Notes under the pieces: generated by a model
Told to the model about the DNA's origin: nothing
The model's input: only the letters and a program-made list of their open reading frames with translations
Database searches by the model: none
Translations under genes and position numbers: made by a program
Shown: piece after piece, positions 12,043 to 18,550 of the stretch
Numbering within the stretch: position 1 is the first letter of the stretch
Layout: each line of letters opens with the position of its first letter
Assembly: GCF_004363045.1 (NCBI RefSeq)
Contig: NZ_SNYJ01000026.1
Location: forward strand, 4,846-36,845
DNA length: 32,000 bases
Direction: 5' to 3'
Source of the DNA: Aureibacillus halotolerans
GTDB lineage: Bacteria > Bacillota > Bacilli > Bacillales > DSM-28697

Positions 12043-12130
12043 TAGACTCCAGCGGGAACAGCGCGAGCTGAAGATCCCGCAGGAAAGCAAGATTCCGAGG
12101 AAGCTGAAGCCGTGCCCGCGGAAAGCGAAG
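12043..12130 (+). repeat. Structured intergenic element: long hairpin capped by a GNRA tetraloop, ending in GCGGAAAGCGAAG
   Basis: 12048-12057 (TCCAGCGGGA) pairs with 12075-12084 (TCCCGCAGGA) in 9 of 10 positions. The apical stem CAGC/GCTG (12059-62 / 12067-70) closes a GCGA loop. The 3' motif GGAAAGCGA resembles the core of the tandem array at 27377-27687. It resembles, from memory, a Bacillaceae intergenic repeat that is often mis-translated as a hypothetical protein. Confidence 0.4.
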
Positions 12131-12156
12131 TATTTTGACGCAGCGGCCATGATTTC

Positions 12157-12195
12157 TTTTCACCCTAAGGGTACAAGTGCAACATCGAAAGAGGG
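12157..12195. repeat. Dispersed intergenic repeat, copy B (TTTCACCCTAAGGGTACAAGTGCAACATCGA...)
   Basis: Second copy of the 11655-11697 motif, lying immediately 5' of the 12193-12234 hairpin. Confidence 0.55.
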
Positions 12196-12234
12196 CTGTT
12201 CCGAAAGTCATGGTTGTGACTTATGGAACAGCCC
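12193..12234 (-). terminator. Long stem-loop downstream of the DUF2892 gene (possible terminator, possibly bidirectional)
   Basis: GGGCTGTTCC (12193-12202) pairs perfectly with GGAACAGCCC (12225-12234). An inner stem AGTCA/TGACT (12206-10 / 12217-21) extends it. Flanks are only moderately T-rich on either strand. It lies 13 nt past the stop of the - strand gene. Confidence 0.5.
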
Positions 12235-12246
12235 CTTCTGTTTGCC

Positions 12247-12552
12247 TCAGTCTACTCGCACCGCTTGCTTGATGGCAGCTTCAATTTCAGCGTCATCAGC
12301 TGTTGGTTGTGACATTGAATGAGAGGTGGTCTTCTCTTTTTCCTTCTTCATCTCAGGCAGCTTTTCTGAAAGGGCTGTTAGCGGACAGTATCGCAATATC
12401 CCTTCAGCCACCTTTAAACCTCCAAGCAAGGCATACCAATGGTACATTTGACGATACGGGTTTCTTGCTAGCCGCGCTGTGGCACATGCCAAAATGGCAA
12501 ATCCACATGCTATACGGATCATTGCGTTGATCGTGCCGATATTTTTTGTCAA
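12247..12552 (-). CDS. DUF2892 / YgaP-like transmembrane-domain small membrane protein
   Basis: 101 aa, MTKNIGTINAMIRIACGFAIL...GILRYCPLTAL. This fits the NxG..D/N..R..G ... CPL pattern of the YgaP-like TM domain, followed by a charged tail. TTG start with AAAGGAGGTG 7 nt upstream. Confidence 0.75.
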   Translation of the reverse strand: MTKNIGTINAMIRIACGFAILACATARLARNPYRQMYHWYALLGGLKVAEGILRYCPLTALSEKLPEMKKEKEKTTSHSMSQPTADDAEIEAAIKQAVRVD

Positions 12553-12569
12553 AGAAAATTCACCTCCTT

Positions 12570-12600
12570 TTGTGCAATCTAAAAATGCTTATGATACAAT
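12570..12600 (+). promoter_or_regulatory. Candidate extended -10 sigmaA promoter for yerA
   Basis: TGATACAAT (12592-12600) fits TGnTAtAAT. TTGTGC at 12570-12575 would give a long 19-nt spacer. The reverse complement of the same bases gives TATCAT for the divergent DUF2892 gene. Confidence 0.3.
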
Positions 12601-12632
12601 AATGAAAAGGCTTACATGAATAGGTGATGAAT

Positions 12633-14378
12633 ATGCCTCAACAACGATATCGTTGGAGAAATAGACAAATTAGACAGCATATTGCCGCGGTTTCTGGCAA
12701 AAAAGCACCGTCGATTGTGCTTCAAAATGCAACCTACTTAAACTTTGGGTTACGTCAATGGTTGACGGCAAACATATGGATCTTGCATGACCGTATCGTT
12801 TATGTTGGCCCTGATATGCCAGAAAAAACGAACGATCAAACAGAAATTGTTGACTGCAAGGGACAGTATGTTGTCCCTGGGTATATAGAACCCCATGTGC
12901 ACCCGTTTCATGTGTATAATCCCCATTCGTTTGCGTATTATGCATGTCGGAAGGGGACGTCAGTGCTGGTCGCGGATAATTTGTTTTTTGCTTTGAGATT
13001 ACGTGATCAACAGGCGTTTCAGATGCTTTCCGACCTTGCAGATGGACCAGCCAGTCTCTTTTGGTGGTGCCGTTTTGATTCGCAAACAGAGGTGCATCAT
13101 GAGGAGGAAATTTTCTCAAACGCCATGGTCAAAAATTGGCTCGAAAACGAAAATGTATTGCTCGGAGGAGAACTAACCTCATGGCCACAAATCCTTGAAG
13201 GCGATGACATGGCGCTTCATTGGATTCAAGAATGCAGACGCTTGCACAAGCAAGTGGAAGGTCATTTTCCAGGTGCTTCTGAAAAAACGTTAACGAAAAT
13301 GGCCCTCTTAGGTGTAAAAAGCGATCACGAAGCCATTACAGGTAAGGATGTCTACAATCGCCTAAAAGCCGGATACCATGTCACGTTAAGGTATTCTTCA
13401 ATACGGCCTGACTTGCCTCACCTACTTGATGAGATGCATGAGCTCGGTGTTCATTACTATGAAAACCTTTCGTTCACTACCGACGGGTCACCTCCAGCTT
13501 TTTATGAGCACGGCATGATCGATCGCTTAATCAAAATTGCGATTGAAAAAGGTGTTCCGGTCATTGATGCATACGCCATGGGAACATACAACCCTGCACG
13601 GCATTTCCGCATTGAGGATCGACACGGAGCAATTGCTCCTGGTCAGGTGGCGAACATCAATATCTTGACGAGTCCAGAAGAGCCTGCGCCGATCTCTGTC
13701 ATCACAAAAGGGAAATGGTTCCGTCGTGACGATAAAGTGATCGCAGAATGGACGGAATTCAATTGGTCACAGTACGGATTATCCTCAGCTGATATTGATT
13801 GGGAATTGACGTCGGATGACTTGCAGTTTTCTATGCCTCTAGGCCTTGAAATGAAGAATTCTGTCATAATGCACCCCTATTCGGTTACTACAGAAGTGTC
13901 TGTGGAGCAGCTTCCAGAAGGATCAGATGAATGCTTTTTAATTCTCATTGATCGGCATGGGAAATGGCGAGTCAATACTGTACTAAAAGGCTTTGCCAAT
14001 TCACTTGGCGGTTTTGCGAGCACCTTTTCATCAACGGGGGACCTTTTTATCATCGGTCAGAACAAAAAGGACATGAAAGCTGCATTTGATGTCGTGAAGG
14101 AAATGAAAGGTGGCTTAGCGCTTGTAGAGAATGGAAACATTACCTTCAAGATGGAGCTCGAGCTCGAGGGCATTATGTCAAATAAACGCTTAAAGGTATT
14201 AGGGCAGGAAGAGCAGAAACTGACAAATCTGTTGAAGGATCGTGGTTATGCGTTTGATCACCCCCTTGATTCCTTGTTGTTTTTCTCAGCCACACATCTG
14301 CCTTATATACGCGTCACGCCACAAGGGATTTTTGATGTCATGAAGAAAACGGTACTCTTTCCTTCGATTATGCGTTAA
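12633..14378 (+). CDS. yerA: Adenine deaminase family (amidohydrolase) protein, YerA-type paralog
   Basis: About 581 aa with the metal-binding HxH in GYIEPHVHPFH. Length and position (after the pur operon, before yerB) match B. subtilis YerA. ATG 12633 has AGGTG 6 nt upstream. GTG 12624 (track) and ATG 12627 are alternative starts. Confidence 0.85.
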   Translation: MPQQRYRWRNRQIRQHIAAVSGKKAPSIVLQNATYLNFGLRQWLTANIWILHDRIVYVGPDMPEKTNDQTEIVDCKGQYVVPGYIEPHVHPFHVYNPHSFAYYACRKGTSVLVADNLFFALRLRDQQAFQMLSDLADGPASLFWWCRFDSQTEVHHEEEIFSNAMVKNWLENENVLLGGELTSWPQILEGDDMALHWIQECRRLHKQVEGHFPGASEKTLTKMALLGVKSDHEAITGKDVYNRLKAGYHVTLRYSSIRPDLPHLLDEMHELGVHYYENLSFTTDGSPPAFYEHGMIDRLIKIAIEKGVPVIDAYAMGTYNPARHFRIEDRHGAIAPGQVANINILTSPEEPAPISVITKGKWFRRDDKVIAEWTEFNWSQYGLSSADIDWELTSDDLQFSMPLGLEMKNSVIMHPYSVTTEVSVEQLPEGSDECFLILIDRHGKWRVNTVLKGFANSLGGFASTFSSTGDLFIIGQNKKDMKAAFDVVKEMKGGLALVENGNITFKMELELEGIMSNKRLKVLGQEEQKLTNLLKDRGYAFDHPLDSLLFFSATHLPYIRVTPQGIFDVMKKTVLFPSIMR

Positions 14379-14389
14379 AATGGTAAAGT

Positions 14390-14418
14390 AAGGGACAACA
14401 GTTGTTTGTTGTCCCTTT
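14390..14418 (+). terminator. Stem-loop after yerA (weak-tail intrinsic terminator candidate)
   Basis: AAGGGACAACA / TGTTGTCCCTT forms an 11-bp stem with a 6-nt loop, starting 12 nt after the stop. The following T-tract is short (TT). Confidence 0.5.
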
Positions 14419-14534
14419 CAGAATGTACACAAGGCCAAGGAAAAGATCGCATTCAAAAATCAGTTTGAATGAAAATGTTTGTTTTTAAAGCAAAAATTGT
14501 CGTCCCCTTTATTCTTGATGAAGGAGTCTACTGT

Positions 14535-15587
14535 ATGAAGAATTTAAAAAGCCATCTGATGTGGTTTTTAACTCTCTTTCTCCTTCTATGTGTGGGATGT
14601 ACGGAACAAACGGAGCGGGAGGAACATCAGCGTAAAGTGGCCGAATTATCTCGTGCCGGGGGTGTCCAACCGAAGGAACAAAAGGGGAACACGGATGTGT
14701 ATCCACTGACGGGTGAGCCAGCTACAGTGGTGCAGTTGCAGCCAGCGATCGCATTAATGGTCAACAATCACCCTGATGCAAGACCTCAAACCGGCTTACA
14801 GGAAGCCGATATAGTCTATGAGGTGTTGGCTGAAGGATCGATTACGCGGTTTTTAGCGATCTTCCAAAGTCATTATCCTGAAGTCGTTGGTCCCATTCGA
14901 AGTGCAAGGGATTATTTCATTACGCTCAGCCAAGGGTACAATGCTCTTTATGTAAGCTACGGCCATAGTCCAGACGCGATGAGCATACTTGCTTCAGGCG
15001 CTGTTCCGCATTTGAATGGAATGGGCTATGTTTATTCACATGCATACGACGGCTCTCTTTTTTGGCGAGAATCATACGCGTATGCGCCACACAATGTGTA
15101 TACCGGAGTCGAGAAGCTGAAACAAGGGTTGGCACACTATCAATACAATCTTCAGGCTCCAGAACCACTCCTATTTGGCAAGAGCCAGCATCAACAGCAG
15201 GCGTCCAAAGTTGAAATTAATTATTCAACACGGTATAACAATAAAGTAACGTATCAGTTTGACAAAATCAGCCAGAAATATACACGCTACGTAAATGATG
15301 ACGTCGCTGTAGACCGAGATACAGAGCAACCATTACAAATGAGCAATGTATTTGTCGTTGCCGTGCCACATCAAGTGATTGACAGTCAAGGAAGACGGTC
15401 TCTAAACCTGCTTCAAGGAGGTGAGGGTTGGTTGTTTTCTGACGGTGGTGTTGTAAAAGTCCTTTGGGAAAATCGCAACAACCGCCTGCTGCCTTTTAAG
15501 GATGGACAACCTGTTCCTTTTGCTCCCGGGAATACGTGGATTAACATTATTCCTGCGCACGAATCAGATCAAATGCTGTCATTTTAA
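14535..15587 (+). CDS. yerB: DUF3048-family lipoprotein YerB
   Basis: ATG 14535 has AAGGAG 8 nt upstream and gives MKNLKSHLMWFLTLFLLLCVGC..., a signal peptide with a lipobox-like VGC. The track start 14469 adds 22 residues without an RBS. Position between yerA and yerC matches B. subtilis. Confidence 0.85.
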   Translation: MKNLKSHLMWFLTLFLLLCVGCTEQTEREEHQRKVAELSRAGGVQPKEQKGNTDVYPLTGEPATVVQLQPAIALMVNNHPDARPQTGLQEADIVYEVLAEGSITRFLAIFQSHYPEVVGPIRSARDYFITLSQGYNALYVSYGHSPDAMSILASGAVPHLNGMGYVYSHAYDGSLFWRESYAYAPHNVYTGVEKLKQGLAHYQYNLQAPEPLLFGKSQHQQQASKVEINYSTRYNNKVTYQFDKISQKYTRYVNDDVAVDRDTEQPLQMSNVFVVAVPHQVIDSQGRRSLNLLQGGEGWLFSDGGVVKVLWENRNNRLLPFKDGQPVPFAPGNTWINIIPAHESDQMLSF

Positions 15588-15609
15588 ATATTAATTGGAG
15601 TGAATGCTT

Positions 15610-15918
15610 GTGCAAATTGACAAATTACGTGGAAAAGAACTGGACCAGCTATTTAATGCGGTGTTGTCGCTAAAAAACCTCGAGGAATGCTATCAGTTTT
15701 TTGATGACCTGTGTACAATTAATGAGATTCAATCTTTGTCACAACGTTTGGAAGTGGCCAGATTATTGCGCCTCGGTGCAACGTATCATAAGATCGAAAC
15801 GGAGACAGGGGCAAGCACAGCTACCATTTCACGAGTGAAGCGATGCTTAAATTATGGAAATGACGCCTACGTTCTTACGCTTGAGCGCGTGCACGATTCT
15901 TCACCATCAGAGAAATAA
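15610..15918 (+). CDS. yerC: TrpR-related YerC/YecD family protein
   Basis: The run QIDKLRGKELDQLFNAVLSLKNLEECYQFF...TGASTATISRVKRCLNYGND is very close to B. subtilis YerC. GTG 15610 sits 9 nt after GGAG and reproduces the MQIDKL N-terminus. The track ATG 15604 is only 3 nt from the RBS. Confidence 0.9.
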   Translation: MQIDKLRGKELDQLFNAVLSLKNLEECYQFFDDLCTINEIQSLSQRLEVARLLRLGATYHKIETETGASTATISRVKRCLNYGNDAYVLTLERVHDSSPSEK

Positions 15919-15940
15919 AATGTAAATAATACGCATATAC

Positions 15941-15972
15941 AAAAACATGGCAGACATTTGCTGTGTTTTTTT
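15941..15972 (+). terminator. AT-rich stem-loop plus T-run after yerC (weak terminator candidate)
   Basis: AAAAACA-(TGG bulge)-CAG / CTG-TGTTTTT followed by TT. The stem is GC-poor, so confidence is modest. Confidence 0.35.
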
Positions 15973-16249
15973 GTGTTTATGATAAGTCGTTAACGTGGGC
16001 AACAAGAGAAGGAATGCACTAGTTGGATAATGTATTCAGCTGTGAATATGTTCTTTCTGTACTAAATAATCGACTGCATTGTATTAGACAGTAGAGCTGC
16101 ACGTCATCAGCCTCATTATCATCCGTTTTTAAGTTACCCTCTTAAGAGTCTTATAGGCAGAGAGTTCTATGAAAACTATTCATTTTGTTTCAAAAAAGAG
16201 ACAAACTGCATGTTTTTACAGTTTAGTCTGGTTCTACAGTACTATTTTG

Positions 16250-16258
16250 TGGTATCAT
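16250..16258 (+). promoter_or_regulatory. Candidate extended -10 element upstream of membrane paralog 1
   Basis: TGGTATCAT fits TGnTATaAT. No good -35 is present. It lies about 90 nt upstream of ATG 16350. Confidence 0.3.
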
Positions 16259-16349
16259 GCCCAACAAAAGGAATGAAAGGAGGATGTATGGTTTTCAACA
16301 ATGATCATCGTTTGTACAAACTAAACTTTATTTAAAAAGGAGAGAAACA

Positions 16350-16880
16350 ATGATTTTACAATCTTTATTTACTGATCCTACAACTTCCGCAGATGCGTCA
16401 ATCGTAGCAATTTTACTGGGGCTTGGCATCCTTTTGATTTTCTTAATTCCAATTTTCATTGCCTTATATTTACTGACGGCATTTGGACAGTTCACGATGT
16501 CAAAACGAAGCAATAACCCTGAGCTTGTCAAGTATGCTTGGTTTGCGTTTGTTCCTTTTTTACAAGCGTATAATTTAGGTGCACTTGTCGAAGATGTTGT
16601 TCATCGACCGTTATCCGGTTATATGAAGTGGGTGCTCTTAGGAGGGTCTGTTGCAAATTTATTGTTGGGTACATTGTTGCCTTTTCTACCGTACATTTTC
16701 GTCGCATTTAGTTTGTATGCCCTCTTTTTCCTTTTCAAAAAATACTCCCCAAGTGCCATTATGTTGTTTATTGTGAGCTTCATTACATTTGGTATAGGTG
16801 CAGCAATTGCAATCTTTGTTCTAAGAAAACGTGACCCTCGACCAGAAGCAATTGTGAATGATACAACGGTTCAAGCCTAA
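16350..16880 (+). CDS. Hypothetical polytopic membrane protein, tandem paralog 1 (176 aa)
   Basis: RBS AAAGGAGAG is upstream of the ATG. Four to five hydrophobic segments. It shares collinear motifs with the next gene: YAWFAFVPFL (res 62-71), KWVLL, and KKY after TM4. I do not recognise a named family. Confidence 0.75.
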   Translation: MILQSLFTDPTTSADASIVAILLGLGILLIFLIPIFIALYLLTAFGQFTMSKRSNNPELVKYAWFAFVPFLQAYNLGALVEDVVHRPLSGYMKWVLLGGSVANLLLGTLLPFLPYIFVAFSLYALFFLFKKYSPSAIMLFIVSFITFGIGAAIAIFVLRKRDPRPEAIVNDTTVQA

Positions 16881-16889
16881 CATCAAGGA

Positions 16890-16920
16890 TTGAAAATTCA
16901 AACAATAAACATAGTATAAT
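16890..16920 (+). promoter_or_regulatory. Candidate sigmaA promoter for membrane paralog 2
   Basis: TTGAAA (16890-16895), a 19-nt spacer, then a perfect TATAAT (16915-16920). This would give a ~245-nt leader before GTG 17171. Confidence 0.35.
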
Positions 16921-17105
16921 AAATTCACACATACCAAAATTTGTGCAGAGTTAATTTAGAACAGATTCATCAACATTATGATGAATGAAAACGCTATCCG
17001 TAAGGCTTAGGGAGGCGCACAGTTGCCACACAGGGCAATGAGTACCGATCAAAGCGAAACAAAAAAACGAGCGTTTGTCATTATCCGAACGAGCTTCTCC
17101 TGCGC

Positions 17106-17133
17106 TACCGGCTTATATCATGCCGGTAGTTTT
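17106..17133 (+). terminator. Terminator-like hairpin inside the leader of paralog 2 (possible attenuator)
   Basis: TACCGGC (17106-12) and GCCGGTA (17122-28) form a 7-bp stem with a 9-nt loop, followed by GTTTT. It sits about 20 nt upstream of the AAAGGAGGT RBS. Confidence 0.4.
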
Positions 17134-17170
17134 AGGAGATTCACATGAATTAAAAAGGAGGTAAATACAA

Positions 17171-17707
17171 GTGAACCTCTTAAGTGTTTTCGCTCCAATA
17201 GTCAATTCTGATCAGCTACTCTTATTTTTGCCAAAATTAATCGTGTTTCTTTTATACTTCGTCATTCCATTGGTCTTCGTATGCTACATTCTGTACGCTT
17301 TAGGTTTGTATAAAATGGCGAGACGAAGTGCAGATAAAGAAACGAGACGTTATGCTTGGTTTGCCTTCATTCCCTTTCTGTGCTGTTACTTGCTCGGTGA
17401 TCTAATTAAAGATGATTTGCCGGAGCCATTCACTAGAAAGGCAAAATGGATTTTGCTTGTGGCCCCAATCGTGGGCTTGATTCTTGTCTATCTTCTTCCT
17501 AACATAGGTGCGTTGACTATCGTCCCTTTTTATATGGCCTATTACTATTTGTATAAAAAGTACGCAGAACGACACATCCTGCTGCTTGTCTGGACGACTG
17601 TTTCCGGTGGACTTTTAGCTCCATTTTTTATTTTTGGACTTAGAAATCGAACCGTTCGAACTGAAGCCTATATGGACGAGTCGTCTGAAGCATTACCTAA
17701 AGCATAA
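17171..17707 (+). CDS. Hypothetical polytopic membrane protein, tandem paralog 2 (178 aa)
   Basis: GTG start with AAAGGAGGT 8 nt upstream. It carries YAWFAFIPFL (res 61-70), KWILL and KKY collinear with paralog 1, at roughly one third identity by eye. Confidence 0.75.
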   Translation: MNLLSVFAPIVNSDQLLLFLPKLIVFLLYFVIPLVFVCYILYALGLYKMARRSADKETRRYAWFAFIPFLCCYLLGDLIKDDLPEPFTRKAKWILLVAPIVGLILVYLLPNIGALTIVPFYMAYYYLYKKYAERHILLLVWTTVSGGLLAPFFIFGLRNRTVRTEAYMDESSEALPKA

Positions 17708-17721
17708 AAATAAGTCAACCT

Positions 17722-17757
17722 AAAAAGAGCTTCCAATAGCGGAAAGCTCTTTTTTTC
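17722..17757 (+). terminator. Rho-independent terminator after paralog 2
   Basis: AAAAAGAGCTTCC / GGAAAGCTCTTTTT stem with one bulge and loop AATAGC, followed by a T7 run. Confidence 0.8.
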
Positions 17758-17848
17758 TGTTTGTCTAGTGGAACGAGCGTTTCCCTCTCTGCTATAATAA
17801 TGGAATGGATCTTGGAAGAGAGAGGACGGAAAACTATTGCTGAAGCAG

Positions 17849-18535
17849 ATGTATCGAACGTGGCAGCATGCCTTTAAAATAGACCCGGACAAGGACGTCT
17901 CCGATGAGGCGCTTGAAGCATTATGTGAATCGGGGACAGATGCGATTATTGTAGGAGGCTCTCAAGGAGTCACACTTGATGGTGTGATTGATCTGCTTTC
18001 AAGAGTGCGACGGTATACGGTTCCTTGTGTGCTTGAGATTTCCACTGTGGACTCCATTACTCCGGGGTTCGACGGCTATTTAATTCCAAGCGTGTTGAAT
18101 AGTGAGAAACGGGAATGGATTATTGGACTTCATCATAAGGCGATCGAGGCCTATGGTCATTTGATTGACGATGAGGAGATTCTCCTTGAAGGCTACTGTG
18201 TGCTGAACAAGGACGCGGCGGTGGCAGAGCTGACAGCGGCTAAAACGGCTCTGACGTCAGACGAAGTGGCCGCTTACGCACAGCTTGCAGGCAGGCTGTG
18301 GGAGATGCCTGTGTTTTATGTCGAATACAGTGGCACTTTTGGCGATATGGACGTTCTCAAACAAGCAAAAGACGCCTTAGGCGATAAAACGCGGTTGTTT
18401 TACGGAGGCGGGATCGATAGTGCTGAGCGAGCAAAGCAAGCATCTGCCTATGCAGACACTATTATTGTAGGAAATATCCTTTATGACGATCTGAAAGCAG
18501 CCTTAGCGACTGTAAAAGCAGTAAAAACGCTCTAG
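17849..18535 (+). CDS. pcrB: Heptaprenylglyceryl phosphate synthase PcrB
   Basis: The run MYRTWQHAFKIDPDKDVSDEALEALCESGTDAIIVGGS...FYGGGI... aligns end to end with B. subtilis PcrB. ATG 17849 matches that N-terminus. TTG 17837 (track) is an alternative start. Neither has a strong RBS. Confidence 0.9.
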   Translation: MYRTWQHAFKIDPDKDVSDEALEALCESGTDAIIVGGSQGVTLDGVIDLLSRVRRYTVPCVLEISTVDSITPGFDGYLIPSVLNSEKREWIIGLHHKAIEAYGHLIDDEEILLEGYCVLNKDAAVAELTAAKTALTSDEVAAYAQLAGRLWEMPVFYVEYSGTFGDMDVLKQAKDALGDKTRLFYGGGIDSAERAKQASAYADTIIVGNILYDDLKAALATVKAVKTL

Positions 18536-18550
18536 AAAGGAGAACGACCG

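Noticed and set aside
11544-12322. Track ORFs 11544-11729 (+), 11891-12322 (+) and 11963-12211 (-) as genes
   Set aside because: No RBS is present and the composition is not protein-like (Arg/Lys/Cys-rich read-through of repeat and hairpin elements). The recurring FHPKG peptide is simply the translated dispersed repeat.
16139-16148. Perfect 10-bp palindrome CTCTTAAGAG (12 of 16 when extended) in the yerC-paralog 1 spacer as an operator
   Set aside because: It is short, AT-rich, single-copy in the window, and more than 100 nt upstream of the only promoter-like element. It could easily be chance.
17060-17100. Guanidine-II (mini-ykkC)-like reading of the two ACGA-containing AACGAGC repeats
   Set aside because: The ACGA tetranucleotides are not presented as loops of GC-rich hairpins because the flanking bases do not pair. 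Spacing and context do not fit that class as I remember it.
17038-17148. 36-codon ORF (MSTDQSETKKRAFVIIRTSF...) inside the paralog-2 leader
   Set aside because: There is no usable RBS; the nearest GGGAGG is about 24 nt upstream. The ORF runs straight through the terminator-like hairpin, so it is more likely part of a structured leader.
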